Below are positions 20,660 to 30,696 of a stretch of DNA of 64,000 nucleotides, in pieces. The stretch is from contig JACPPA010000036.1 of the NCBI GenBank assembly GCA_016191285.1, positions 17,788 through 81,787 of the forward strand, written 5' to 3'. Origin of the DNA: Gammaproteobacteria bacterium. Its GTDB lineage: Bacteria; Pseudomonadota; Gammaproteobacteria; Ga0077536. The notes under the pieces are model-generated. The model did not search any database. It saw only the letters and a program-made list of their open reading frames with translations, and was not told where the DNA came from. A program made the position numbers and the translations under genes. How positions within the stretch are numbered: the stretch's first letter is position 1; every line of letters begins with the position of its first letter.

Positions 20660-20818
20660 CTAGAAGTCAACGCAGCGCCCTTTGCGCTCCCAATCCCCGT
20701 AGCGCGTCGGCTCTAAACCCTTGGGGCCGCCGATCTCGAGCGGGGGCTCCGGCACGGGTTTACGCGGCGCGCTGGGCGCGGCCCGCGGCACGCGTTTGGT
20801 TTCTTCTTCGCTGGTCAT
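20660..20818 (-). CDS. DUF1674/SDHAF4-like small protein
   Basis: EIGGPKGLEPTRYGDWERKGRCVDF signature. Confidence 0.9.
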   Translation of the reverse strand: MTSEEETKRVPRAAPSAPRKPVPEPPLEIGGPKGLEPTRYGDWERKGRCVDF

Positions 20819-20930
20819 CGAATTAGCACAATGTGAGTTTAGCGGCGCGCGGGCGCGGCAGCGGCTGGTAGTATCTTTTCTCCCCTCTGCAAATTCAAGC
20901 GCATGGGCATCTTCCGGTATCCTGTGCGCC

Positions 20931-21383
20931 ATGAACCCGTTCACCGCGCCATTGCCGTTCGCCGCTCGTTGCTCGCCATGGGTATTGCGCGGCTCTGCGG
21001 TGTTGCATGGAGTCGGGGTTCTCGCGCTGGCGGCGACCTGGCCCTTTACCGTGAGCTTGGCGGCGGCGGTGTTTGGTGTCGGCTTAAGCGCGTTTGGGGT
21101 GCACCGCGAATTGACTGCGGCTGGAAGAGCCTTTAAGGCTTTCGTGCTTGATTCGCAGGGAAAGTGGCTAGCGACGACATTAGCTGGCGAACAATATCCG
21201 GCCGCGGGTCGTGGCTCGCCGCTGGTCGGCGCGTTGATCACGTTGATTCCACTGCGCTGTCGTGGGCAGCGCTATCTCTTGGTCCTGACACGCGATATGG
21301 CACACGTCGATACTTTGCGTCGCCTGCGGGTTAGGTTGCGATTCGAATCAGCAAGCTCACCCACAACTTACGGAGCGGCGTGA
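20931..21383 (+). CDS. YgfX/CptA-like membrane protein
   Basis: two N-terminal TM segments; C-terminal DTLRRLRVRLR. Confidence 0.65.
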   Translation: MNPFTAPLPFAARCSPWVLRGSAVLHGVGVLALAATWPFTVSLAAAVFGVGLSAFGVHRELTAAGRAFKAFVLDSQGKWLATTLAGEQYPAAGRGSPLVGALITLIPLRCRGQRYLLVLTRDMAHVDTLRRLRVRLRFESASSPTTYGAA

Positions 21384-22146
21384 GCTCGAGTCGGCGCTCC
21401 CATACGCGGTAACCGTCGCGTGCAATTTCAGTCAGGGTCGATTCGGCCAAGCGGCCGGCCACGCGAACGGCGCGCAACACAGGGCTTTGCCGCGCGTCGA
21501 GTCCGCGCCGCGCACGCCGAAGATCATCGATCAGCGGTTCGATTTCCCCCTGCATAAGCGCGGCGTGCCAATCGCCCAAACTAAGCGAGGAGGGCGGTTC
21601 GTACTCGCGCGTGATGAGCGCGAGTCCACCGTCGACAAAGCGTCGCAGATCGGCCAGCGCGCAGGCGATTTCCGCCGTGACGCCCAGGCGACGAACGGCG
21701 GTCACGGTGGATGAATCCGTGACACTGGCGACTGCCGCATGCGTTGTCCACAACGCGCCATGTGCAGCGTCGTAGGCCGCAAAGCGTTCGGCGCGCGTCG
21801 CGAAGCGCGCGATCTGCTGTAAGGCGAGGATGCCATCGATCAAGTTGCGTGCCGCGGGGGCGAGCTCCGGGTGGGACCGTTGGACTGGCAGCAGCGCGCG
21901 TGTCAAGGCGTGCCGTGCTTGCCCATTACCAAGGCGATGCACCTCTTCATGCCACCATGAGAGTTTCGTGAACGCGATCTCGGCACTCGAGCAGGTCAGC
22001 GGCACGCTCGCGATTTGCGCGCGCAAGGTCTCGATCAACGTTAACGCGCGACGTTGCGGCGCTGGCACATACAGCATCGCGTAATACAAACCGGAACCGG
22101 GCGTGGGGCTGAATTCGTCGGCGATCGTTGGAGTTGCCGCCGCCAT
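21331..22146 (-). CDS. squalene/phytoene synthase-like protein with degenerate motifs
   Basis: GSGLYYAMLY, KLSWWHEEV, LTPLRKLW; downstream of ubiG-gph. Confidence 0.8.
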   Translation of the reverse strand: MAAATPTIADEFSPTPGSGLYYAMLYVPAPQRRALTLIETLRAQIASVPLTCSSAEIAFTKLSWWHEEVHRLGNGQARHALTRALLPVQRSHPELAPAARNLIDGILALQQIARFATRAERFAAYDAAHGALWTTHAAVASVTDSSTVTAVRRLGVTAEIACALADLRRFVDGGLALITREYEPPSSLSLGDWHAALMQGEIEPLIDDLRRARRGLDARQSPVLRAVRVAGRLAESTLTEIARDGYRVWERRLELTPLRKLWVSLLIRIAT

Positions 22147-22159
22147 GCTTATCGGTCGC

Positions 22160-22831
22160 TCACGATTGATCGAGCCACGAAGCCAAATCACTCGGCGCCG
22201 CGAGATAACCATCCGCGCCCCATTGTTCAGGCGTGTCGCTGTCGCCCAGGTAGCCATAGAGCGCGACGAGCGTGACCATGCCGGCACGTCGACCGGCTTC
22301 CACATCGCGTTCCGCATCGCCGATATAGACGCAGTCCCGCGTTGCGACCCCGAGCATTTGCGCGGCATGTAACAGCGGCGCCGGATCGGGCTTACGCGTG
22401 GTCAACGTGTCGCCACTGATCACGCACGAAAACTGAAGATCAAGACCCAATTTCGCGAGCAGCGGCGCCGTCAACCAGCCGGGCTTGTTGGTGACAATGC
22501 CGGAGCGCAGATCGCGCCGGGTCAGGTCGAGCAAAATTTCCGCCATGCCGTCGAACAGGCAGCTGCGATCGGCCACGTGCGCGTGATACTCCGCGAGCAA
22601 GGCCTGTCGTAGTGCTTCGAATTCGGCAGAGTCCTCGGCGACGGCAAACCCCAAGCGCGTCAGTGCGAACGAGCCGTGCGAGACCCACGGTCGAATTCGC
22701 TCGAAGGCCAGGGGCGGCAAGGCCTGCTGCGCCCGAACGCGGTTTAGCGCAGCGGCGAGATCGGGTGCGGTGTCGAGTAAAGTGCCGTCGAGGTCAAACA
22801 GTATGGCTCGCGGTCGTGACTTGACGCTCAT
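22160..22831 (-). CDS. HAD phosphatase (Gph/MupP-like)
   Basis: FDLDGTL, VTNKP, KPDP, YIGDAERD. Confidence 0.9.
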   Translation of the reverse strand: MSVKSRPRAILFDLDGTLLDTAPDLAAALNRVRAQQALPPLAFERIRPWVSHGSFALTRLGFAVAEDSAEFEALRQALLAEYHAHVADRSCLFDGMAEILLDLTRRDLRSGIVTNKPGWLTAPLLAKLGLDLQFSCVISGDTLTTRKPDPAPLLHAAQMLGVATRDCVYIGDAERDVEAGRRAGMVTLVALYGYLGDSDTPEQWGADGYLAAPSDLASWLDQS

Positions 22832-23538
22832 CAACAGCGGCGCGCATGCACCAGATAATTGACGCGCGGCGCAGGCACCAGCCGTGCGCGGCGGGTAAGC
22901 GGGTTATAACGCATGCCGCGGACTTCGAGGACTTCGAAGCCGCTGGCGCGGAGCAGGCTTGCGAGTTCGGCCGGCGTGATAAACCGCGCGTAATCGTGCG
23001 TGCCGATGGGTAGTAGTCGCAGCAGATACTCCGCGCCGAGTATGGCTTGCGCGTAGGCCCGCGGCGAGCGATTGAGGGTCGATAAAAAAAAGTCGCCACC
23101 CTCCCGCACTAAACCGGCGGCGGCGTCGAGCAGCGAGCGTGGCGAGGGCACGTGTTCGATCAATTCCATGCACACCACGGTGTCGTAGCTGGCGCGGGCG
23201 ACTGTCGTGTGCGCTTCCGCGGTCGTGATCTCGTACGTAATATCAAGACCGGCTTGCGCCGCATGTTGGCGCGCCACTTCGATCACGGCTGGCGTGGCGT
23301 CGATACCGGTCATGCGTGCGCCGCGCCGTGCCAGCGCTTCGGTCAAAATCCCGCCGCCGCAGCCAATATCGAGTACGGCAGCGCCGGCGAGCGCGCTGCG
23401 ATCGGCGATGAAAGCGGTGCGGCAGTCATTGATGTCATGCAAGGTGCGGCTCGTCCCGTCCGGCGCCCACCACGCCTCCGCGAGCGCGCCGAATTTGTCG
23501 ACTTCGGCCACATCGACATTGGATTCAATAGGGTTCAT
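22831..23538 (-). CDS. ubiG: ubiquinone biosynthesis O-methyltransferase
   Basis: NVDVAEVDKF..WW..LHDIN; LDIGCGGG; GTHDYARFITP. Confidence 0.95.
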   Translation of the reverse strand: MNPIESNVDVAEVDKFGALAEAWWAPDGTSRTLHDINDCRTAFIADRSALAGAAVLDIGCGGGILTEALARRGARMTGIDATPAVIEVARQHAAQAGLDITYEITTAEAHTTVARASYDTVVCMELIEHVPSPRSLLDAAAGLVREGGDFFLSTLNRSPRAYAQAILGAEYLLRLLPIGTHDYARFITPAELASLLRASGFEVLEVRGMRYNPLTRRARLVPAPRVNYLVHARRC

Positions 23539-23564
23539 GCATCACGTACGGGAGGTCGGGGCGG

Positions 23565-23894
23565 TCATGGCCGTAAGCTCCGCCATAACCACAGGCCAAT
23601 GAGAACTAGCGCCGCCGCCAAGGTGCCGACCACCCACCACGCACGCCGCCGGTTCGCGGTGACGAGGGGCTTCGGTAGTTCAACGGTCGCGTCGAATTCG
23701 GTCAGCGTGTATCGCCGCGCGCTGTCGGCGCTCGGCGGAAGGTCGGATACCGGTGGTGGTAGCGGCGCGGCAGATCCCGATCCGGACTCAGCGACGATGG
23801 CGTCGATCAATTGCCGCCGTTGTTTTACATAGTCCTTGCGGTCCAGTTTGCCGTCGGCGTGCGCTTTCGCGAGCATCCGCAGGGTCGACGTCAT
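23565..23894 (-). CDS. small tail-anchored membrane protein with SHOCT-like N-terminus
   Basis: LAKAHADGKLDRKDYVKQRRQLI, Pro/Ser/Thr linker, C-terminal TM; ATGA overlap with the PP2C gene. Confidence 0.6.
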   Translation of the reverse strand: MTSTLRMLAKAHADGKLDRKDYVKQRRQLIDAIVAESGSGSAAPLPPPVSDLPPSADSARRYTLTEFDATVELPKPLVTANRRRAWWVVGTLAAALVLIGLWLWRSLRP

Positions 23895-24634
23895 GCGCCA
23901 GACGCCGCGCGAGCTTGGATGTCGATCACGCACACCGTGACATTGTCGGTGGCGCCGCGCGTGAGCGTCAGGTCGATAAGCGCGTCCGCGCACCCGTCGA
24001 CGTCAGCGACCGCCAGTTGGGCGGCGATTTCATCGGCTGCGACATGTTTATCGAGGCCGTCGCTGCACAACAGATAACGGTCGGCCGCGTGGAGTTCGCA
24101 CAAGTCCACATCCAAGAAGAACTCGCGGCCGGCGCCGACCGCCCGCGTCAACAGATTCCCCAGCGGATGCTGACCGACAAAGCCGCGCGCGAGCAGGCCT
24201 TGCTGAATGAATTGTTCGCTCTGCGAATGATCGGTGGTCAACTGGGCCAGTTGACCCCGACGTAGGCGATAGAGGCGACTGTCGCCGGCCCACAGAAACG
24301 CGGCGTGCCGACCGATCATCGTGAGGGCAACGACGGTGGTCCCCACCGTTTGCCCCTGGTCCGCCGCCAGGCTTAAAAGGCGCGCATTGACGCCGATGAG
24401 ACTGTATTCAATAAATTCGACCATCAGACTCAGCTCGCGCTGGGGTTTCAGGGTTGCTATCGCGGTCGTTACAGCTTGGCTCGCGAGATCGCCGCGCGCA
24501 TGGCCGCCGAGTCCGTCAGCCACCGTCCACAAGCCAATGTCGGGGCGTGCGCACACAGCGTCCTCATTGACGCGACGTACACGTCCGACATGGGTGCGCG
24601 CCGCCGATACCCAGCCGAGGGTTGAACTGCTCAT
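23891..24634 (-). CDS. PP2C-family Ser/Thr phosphatase
   Basis: GRVRRVNED, VADGLGGH, AGDSRLY, LCSDGL, DNVT. Confidence 0.93.
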   Translation of the reverse strand: MSSSTLGWVSAARTHVGRVRRVNEDAVCARPDIGLWTVADGLGGHARGDLASQAVTTAIATLKPQRELSLMVEFIEYSLIGVNARLLSLAADQGQTVGTTVVALTMIGRHAAFLWAGDSRLYRLRRGQLAQLTTDHSQSEQFIQQGLLARGFVGQHPLGNLLTRAVGAGREFFLDVDLCELHAADRYLLCSDGLDKHVAADEIAAQLAVADVDGCADALIDLTLTRGATDNVTVCVIDIQARAASGA

Positions 24635-24710
24635 CGCGGTGCGCGTTGGCGGCCGCGCACGGCGGCTCGGTGACCGCGGGTTTGTTCAGTCGAGAGGTGG
24701 GGAAAGGTGT

Positions 24711-25610
24711 TCAAGAGTCGAAGCTGAAATGGACAATTTCCGTTGGATTCTCGATGAATGGGCGTCCCAAGCTGATAACGCCAGTCCCGCTCAATGGCAT
24801 TTCTTCGCGGCGTAGAAATGCTTCGGTGTTGTCGATTTTGACATAGGTGCCATTGGTGCTTTGATCGATGATAAAAAATTTCCCGCGACGTTGTTCGATG
24901 CGCACATGAAGGCGCGAGGCCAGCACTTCATCAACCGGGATATCGGCGGTTTTACTCCGGCCTATAACGACTTGGGTGCGCTCGGCGTTCAACGCGATGC
25001 TCAGCTTGTGATAATCGAGACGCATGCGGGCCACGTTATCCGGCATGGTGGTGGCCACCGCGGTCGACATCCGTGTAACGTCATCCTGTTGCCATAGGAT
25101 TTCGCAGATATCCATGGATTCTTTTTTACCCTTCACCGGCGCCCGATCGATCAATCGCGTATTGGCCTGGAGTAATTTTGAGAGTTCATCGATCGTACTC
25201 TGGGACGCGATGATTTGCCCCGCCTTAGCCATCGATGCCATCCGCGCCGCGACGTTGACGGCGTCGCCGAATACATCGCCTGCTTCGAGTATTGCCTGAC
25301 CGAAATGCATGCCGACTCGGATCGCGAGCGCGGTGGGGCCGGGAGTCTGCTCGGAGATCTCTTCGTGTAAGGTCTCCTGCATATCGCAAGCCGCGCTCGC
25401 CGCGGTCTCCGCGCTGGGGAAAGTACACATGATTTCGTCACCGATGGTTTTGATGACGGTGCCGGCGTGGCGCTCGATGACGCCGGTTAAAAGTTCAAGA
25501 CATTCGGCGACTTTGGCCCGGGCCGCTTCGTCGCCCAGCACTTCGTATAGATGGGTGCTGCCGCTGATATCGGCAAACAGAATGGCAAGGTTACTGGTTT
25601 TGAGCGCCAT
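24711..25610 (-). CDS. class III adenylate cyclase with C-terminal FHA domain
   Basis: FADISGST, KTIGD, DVFGDAVNVAAR; FHA motifs GRS, SRLH, STNGT. Confidence 0.9.
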   Translation of the reverse strand: MALKTSNLAILFADISGSTHLYEVLGDEAARAKVAECLELLTGVIERHAGTVIKTIGDEIMCTFPSAETAASAACDMQETLHEEISEQTPGPTALAIRVGMHFGQAILEAGDVFGDAVNVAARMASMAKAGQIIASQSTIDELSKLLQANTRLIDRAPVKGKKESMDICEILWQQDDVTRMSTAVATTMPDNVARMRLDYHKLSIALNAERTQVVIGRSKTADIPVDEVLASRLHVRIEQRRGKFFIIDQSTNGTYVKIDNTEAFLRREEMPLSGTGVISLGRPFIENPTEIVHFSFDS

Positions 25611-25764
25611 GAAAGGGATGCGACTATCCACCTGGTGAAAACTCTTGGTCCTGCGCAACGGCCGCATCGGGATGCTACGATTGCAAGCGAACTTCAAGAC
25701 CGAAGTGGCCCTACATTAAGCGGAATTGGGCAAAAAAACGAGCGGAAAGCGAGGTCGGACCAGG

Positions 25765-26745
25765 ATGCGATTGCCGAGTTGGCTGCAATTAATCGTGATT
25801 GGTGCGTTGGGCGCGCTGACCGGAGTCGGCGTCACCCTGTGGCGTCTGAACGCGCTGCCGGCTGTCCTACACCAACCGCTCAACGCCGTGGTGTCGACCG
25901 AGCCGAGCACGGTGGACGCGATTGACATCGACTATGTCCGCGAACTTCTGACTTTGTTGGCGCCTGCTGATCGCAATCGGATCCTCGAGACCGATGATTC
26001 ACTGCTGGCATTCGTGGCACAAGAGGCGCGCAACCAGGCAGCCTTGAGCGCTGCCTATGCGGCACATGCCGAGCGAAGCGCGCCCGTCAGGCGCATCATG
26101 GAGCGGGCCGGTCAGCGGGTGTTAATTGAGGCATTCATGCAGGACGTGATGCGCCAGAATTTGGACTCGAAGTACCCGACCGAGGCCGACCAACAGACGT
26201 TTTACAGCAATAATCCCGCGCAATTTCGGGTCCCCGACCGCTTTGCGCTGTGGCAGATTTTTATTCCTGCGACGACCGCCGCCGAACGGACGAAGGCCCA
26301 GGCGCTGGCGCGCCGACTACTGGAGCAATTGTTAAGTGGCAAACAAGACTTCGCGACGTTAGCGACCCAGTACTCAGGGCACGAGCCGAGTCGCCTGAAC
26401 GGTGGTTATATGGGACTGGTCGGCTTGGCCGACCTCAAACCCGAAGTCCGCGCGGCGGTCGAAGGGGCGCCGCCTGATAAGTTACTCGGTCCGCTCGCGA
26501 CCAACGAGGGCTTTCACCTAGTGAAACGGGGCCCGACCGTCGCGGGCAAACTGCTCGAATTCGAGCAGGTTAAGGATCGGATCGTCAGGTATTTACAGCA
26601 AACGGCACGTTTGGACGTGATGCGCCAGGCGCTCGATAAAATGCTCGTATTGCATCCGGTCAAATTCGCCACGGCTGACATCGCGGCGTGGCGAACCGAA
26701 TTGTCGAAAGTAGACTTCGATTCCGCGCGCGGGCCGCAGCAGTAG
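25765..26745 (+). CDS. PpiC/parvulin-type peptidyl-prolyl isomerase
   Basis: N-terminal TM; FATLATQYS, NGGYMG, GFHLVK. Confidence 0.8.
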   Translation: MRLPSWLQLIVIGALGALTGVGVTLWRLNALPAVLHQPLNAVVSTEPSTVDAIDIDYVRELLTLLAPADRNRILETDDSLLAFVAQEARNQAALSAAYAAHAERSAPVRRIMERAGQRVLIEAFMQDVMRQNLDSKYPTEADQQTFYSNNPAQFRVPDRFALWQIFIPATTAAERTKAQALARRLLEQLLSGKQDFATLATQYSGHEPSRLNGGYMGLVGLADLKPEVRAAVEGAPPDKLLGPLATNEGFHLVKRGPTVAGKLLEFEQVKDRIVRYLQQTARLDVMRQALDKMLVLHPVKFATADIAAWRTELSKVDFDSARGPQQ

Positions 26746-26830
26746 CCATCGCCGGTGGGCAACGCAAAAGACTTTTTCACCGCTTGGTGACCCTCTAGCG
26801 TAGGCATCGTACATCGGGCATCATTCGACG

Positions 26831-27109
26831 ATGAGTATCACCGTCAGCCACACTTCGACGATGGCGCAACGCGCTTACGGGAACTGGCGCGCGTACGACG
26901 AACTCAGGTACAACCTGCAGACGCAGGCCAGGCCCGGACGCACCGCCGTTACGAAGTTAGAAGCGATTGGTCTTAGTGCGGCCGTCGCGCCGTATACCAA
27001 CAGCGCACGACCCGCGCCCGGCGCCGTGCTCCTGACGGCGATGATACATTCGATGGGTGGAGCGCCGACGTCGGTCGGCAGCGGCCTCTACCTCCGCGCC
27101 TCGGTCTGA
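26831..27109 (+). CDS. hypothetical protein
   Basis: 92-aa ATG ORF filling an intergenic gap; no recognised motif. Confidence 0.4.
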   Translation: MSITVSHTSTMAQRAYGNWRAYDELRYNLQTQARPGRTAVTKLEAIGLSAAVAPYTNSARPAPGAVLLTAMIHSMGGAPTSVGSGLYLRASV

Positions 27110-27127
27110 TCCCCACCAAACTCGCGG

Positions 27128-27655
27128 TTACGGCGTTTGACCCGCGGCCTGCGCTGGTTTCCCATATTTGCTGATTAAATCCTGCGCCAAGGTTTGCGCT
27201 TGGCGTAGTTCGTCGGGACCAAGCTTTGGTGTCGTTGCCTTGAGCGCCGATTCGGCTTTGGGATTGCCGATATGCGCCGCCACGCTATACCAACCAAACG
27301 CATATTCCATGTCCTGGGGCACGCCTTCGCCGCGTTCATAGGCTCCACCCAAACGATATTGCGCATCCGGGATGCCTTTCTCGGCCGCTTTCCGCAGCCA
27401 CTTCGCGGCGGTGCCCGGATTTTTTTCGACGCCGCGCCCATCGCCGTACATGCGCGCCAGAAAATATTGGGCATACCCGTGATCGGAGGTTTCGGCTAAC
27501 GGCACGAAGGTTTTCAAGGCCTTGTCATAGTCACCAGCCACCATCGCGGCGACGCCGTCATTAAAGTCGGCGCGGGCGGTGGCGATGGTGATCGCGAGCA
27601 GCAAGCCGGCACCGGCCAGCCGGGTTGCGAATCGAGTGATTGATCGTCGTGACAC
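27128..27655 (-). CDS. exported Sel1-repeat protein
   Basis: signal peptide; AQYFLARMYGDGRGV and AQYRLGGAYERGEGV repeats. Confidence 0.88.
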   Translation of the reverse strand: MSRRSITRFATRLAGAGLLLAITIATARADFNDGVAAMVAGDYDKALKTFVPLAETSDHGYAQYFLARMYGDGRGVEKNPGTAAKWLRKAAEKGIPDAQYRLGGAYERGEGVPQDMEYAFGWYSVAAHIGNPKAESALKATTPKLGPDELRQAQTLAQDLISKYGKPAQAAGQTP

Positions 27656-27778
27656 GCGTTACCTCGCGATATTTCGCCAAATAGAGTCGGGCCGGATGAT
27701 AAACCAGTTCCAAGCCCCAACCTACGGTTCCGGTGCTAGAATCCCGGCCTCCCAAACTTAAACGCGATAAGCCGTGCG

Positions 27779-29182
27779 ATGACTGCAAAAACTCTCTACG
27801 ACAAATTGTGGGACACCCACCTGATTGAGACGTTCGACGACGGTTCAGCCCTGATTTATATCGATCGGCATATCGCGCATGAAGTCACCACGCCGCAGGC
27901 CTTCGAGGGCTTGAAGCTCGCCGGCCGCAAGTTGTGGCGCACCTCGGCGACGGTGGCCGTGTCCGATCACAACGTCCCAACCAAGGACATCCATCGGATT
28001 GCCGATCCGGTGGCCAAGGTGCAATTGGAAACCCTGGCGCGCAATTGTCGCGAACACCAGATCACGCATTTCGATATGGGCGATCCGCGTCAAGGCATCG
28101 TCCATGTCACGGGGCCAGAACAAGGGTGGAGTTTGCCGGGCATGACCATCGTCTGCGGCGATTCCCATACGGCGACCAACGGCGCACTCGGCGCGTGGGC
28201 GTTTGGTATTGGCACGTCGGAAGTCGAGCATGTGATGGCCACCCAGTGTCTGGTGTTGCGCAAGGCCAAAAACATGCTGCTCGACGTCACTGGACGGTTA
28301 CCAGCAGGCGTGACCGCCAAGGATTTAATCCTCGCGATCATCGGCCGTATCGGCACGGCCGGTGCAACGGGGCACACCATGGAATACGGCGGTGAAGCGA
28401 TCGCCCAGCTCTCGATGGAAGAGCGTATGACGGTGTGCAATATGTCGATCGAAGCCGGCGGCCGCGCCGGGCTCGTGGCGGTGGATGAGCGCACGCTAGC
28501 ATATGTCGATGGGCGTCCGTATGCGCCGCGCGGCGTGCACTGGACGCGCGCCGTCGAGAATTGGCGCGATCTGACCTCCGACGCCGGCGCTCAGTTCGAC
28601 ACCGTCATCACGCTCGATGCCACCACACTCGAACCGCAGGTGACTTGGGGCACATCGCCTGAAATGGTGGTGCCGGTGTCGGGCCGCGTGCCGGATCCGA
28701 ATTTGGAAGCCGATGAGATCAAGCGCAGTGGGCTCACCAACGCGCTCAAATACATGGACTTGAAACCGGGCACCGCCATTAGCGACATCGCCATCGATAA
28801 AGTTTTTATTGGCTCGTGTACGAATTCACGCATCGAAGACTTACGCGCCGCGGCCCAGGTGATCCGCGGACGGCGTCTGGCCAAGAACGTGAAACTCGCG
28901 CTGGTGGTGCCGGGCTCTGGGCTGGTCAAGCGCCAAGCCGAGCAAGAAGGCCTGGATCGCCTTTTTACCGCCGCGGGCTTTGAGTGGCGCGAGCCCGGAT
29001 GCTCGATGTGTCTCGGCATGAATCCGGATCAATTGGCGTTTGGCGAGCGCTGTGCGTCGACCTCGAACCGCAACTTCGAAGGCCGCCAGGGTCATGGGGG
29101 TCGTACGCATTTGGTATCGCCGGCGATGGCGGTGGCGGCCGGCATCGCAGGGCATTTCGTCGACGTGCGGCAGGAGGGCTAG
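27779..29182 (+). CDS. leuC: 3-isopropylmalate dehydratase large subunit
   Basis: [42 protein letters not shown]. Confidence 0.96.
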   Translation: MTAKTLYDKLWDTHLIETFDDGSALIYIDRHIAHEVTTPQAFEGLKLAGRKLWRTSATVAVSDHNVPTKDIHRIADPVAKVQLETLARNCREHQITHFDMGDPRQGIVHVTGPEQGWSLPGMTIVCGDSHTATNGALGAWAFGIGTSEVEHVMATQCLVLRKAKNMLLDVTGRLPAGVTAKDLILAIIGRIGTAGATGHTMEYGGEAIAQLSMEERMTVCNMSIEAGGRAGLVAVDERTLAYVDGRPYAPRGVHWTRAVENWRDLTSDAGAQFDTVITLDATTLEPQVTWGTSPEMVVPVSGRVPDPNLEADEIKRSGLTNALKYMDLKPGTAISDIAIDKVFIGSCTNSRIEDLRAAAQVIRGRRLAKNVKLALVVPGSGLVKRQAEQEGLDRLFTAAGFEWREPGCSMCLGMNPDQLAFGERCASTSNRNFEGRQGHGGRTHLVSPAMAVAAGIAGHFVDVRQEG

Positions 29183-29185
29183 CCA

Positions 29186-29830
29186 ATGGACGCATTTACT
29201 ACTTTCACCGGCGTGGTCGCGCCGCTCGATCGACCTAATGTCGATACCGATGCGATCATCCCCAAACAATTTTTGAAATCGATCAAGCGTTCGGGCTTTG
29301 GCCCGAATTTATTTGACGAGTGGCGCTACCTCGACAAGGGCGAGCCGGACAAACCGAACGCCGGGCGCCCATTGAATCCCGATTTTCTGTTGAATCAACC
29401 GCGCTATCAAGGCGCGCAAATCCTGCTCGCGCGCGCCAACTTCGGTTGTGGTTCGTCGCGCGAACATGCGCCGTGGGCGATTGTCGACTACGGCATTCGC
29501 GCCGTGGTAGCGCCGAGTTTCGCCGACATTTTTTATGGTAATTCGGCTAAAAACGGTTTGTTGCTCGTGACCTTGCCAGCGCCTGTCATCGATCGCTTGT
29601 TTGCCGAATGCACGGCCGCCGCGGGTTATCGTCTAACGATCGATCTTGCCGCGCAACAAGTCCGCACCCCGGGGGGTGAGACGTTTGGCTTCGAGTACAG
29701 CGCGGGTCTCAAGCACCGCATGTTGAACGGTCTCGACGACATCGGCATTACTTTAGGGCACGCGGAAAAAATCCGTCGCTACGAGGCGCAACGGCAGGTT
29801 GAGGCACCGTGGTTGTTTGTGGAGCCCTAA
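29186..29830 (+). CDS. leuD: 3-isopropylmalate dehydratase small subunit
   Basis: [24 protein letters not shown]. Confidence 0.96.
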   Translation: MDAFTTFTGVVAPLDRPNVDTDAIIPKQFLKSIKRSGFGPNLFDEWRYLDKGEPDKPNAGRPLNPDFLLNQPRYQGAQILLARANFGCGSSREHAPWAIVDYGIRAVVAPSFADIFYGNSAKNGLLLVTLPAPVIDRLFAECTAAAGYRLTIDLAAQQVRTPGGETFGFEYSAGLKHRMLNGLDDIGITLGHAEKIRRYEAQRQVEAPWLFVEP

Positions 29831-29994
29831 ATTAAGAGGCCAACTACGTGAAGCGGTTGTCGGGTGTGTGCGTAGCGTCATTGTGGAGCGCATATCCGAC
29901 GACCGCGACGGCCTAACCGCCTGTTATCAGCGCCTATCGATCTGCGCGTATCTACGTCACCTGCCTTTAGTTTCGAGCCGAGGGGGCTCCATTC

Positions 29995-30531
29995 ATGATT
30001 TATCAACTTGAAGAGCGGCGCGTGCGCGCCGAGGGCGATTATTGGGTAGCTGAGAACGCCACTTTGATCGGCGCGGTATTACTGAAGCATAACGCGAACG
30101 TGTGGTTTGGCGCTGTGCTAAGAGGGGATCGTGACACCATCACGATCGGCGAGAACACCAACATCCAAGATCTGTGCGTGTTGCATACCGATCTCGGTTT
30201 TCCGTTGGCGCTGGGAAGCTTCGTGACTGTCGGGCATAAAGCCATGCTCCACGGCTGCACCGTCGGCGATAACACGCTCATTGGCATTAATGCCGTGATT
30301 CTGAACGGCGCCAAAGTCGGCGCGAATTGCCTGATCGGCGCGGGCGCCCTCATCACCGAAAATAAAGAAATCCCGGACGGCAGTCTGGTCATGGGCGCAC
30401 CGGCCAAGATCGTTCGTTCCACCACGCCCGATCAAGTGGCGATGATGAAGCAGCAAGCACAGGGCTATGTCGATAATTTCAAGCGCTATAAGCAGGGCTT
30501 GAGTAACCAATTCCAGGCCGAATTAGTTTAG
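29995..30531 (+). CDS. gamma carbonic anhydrase family protein
   Basis: hexapeptide repeats; VLRGD, NIQD, His ligands LHT/VGH/LHG. Confidence 0.92.
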   Translation: MIYQLEERRVRAEGDYWVAENATLIGAVLLKHNANVWFGAVLRGDRDTITIGENTNIQDLCVLHTDLGFPLALGSFVTVGHKAMLHGCTVGDNTLIGINAVILNGAKVGANCLIGAGALITENKEIPDGSLVMGAPAKIVRSTTPDQVAMMKQQAQGYVDNFKRYKQGLSNQFQAELV

Positions 30532-30577
30532 GGAAGCTCTGCAAAAGGCAGAGCTTCCCGCGGCACAGGGAGGTTCC
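30532..30577 (-). mobile_element. 46-bp internally deleted derivative of the IS5-type MITE
   Basis: flanked by TTAG on both sides (30528-30531, 30578-30581); reverse complement equals GGAACCTC plus the 3' part of 34343-34494. Confidence 0.8.
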
Positions 30578-30611
30578 TTAGGGCGCCAGAAGCAAACCAT
30601 AAAAGTATATT

Positions 30612-30675
30612 GTGGGAGCGGATTTATCCGCGAAAAAAGCCCGCTACGAAGATTCGCGGATAAATCCGCTCCCAC
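30612..30675. repeat. REP doublet (REPIN), GGATTTATCC variant
   Basis: GTGGGAGCGGATTTATCCGCGAA ... TTCGCGGATAAATCCGCTCCCAC. Confidence 0.85.
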
Positions 30676-30696
30676 AATTTCTAGGTATAGGGGATA

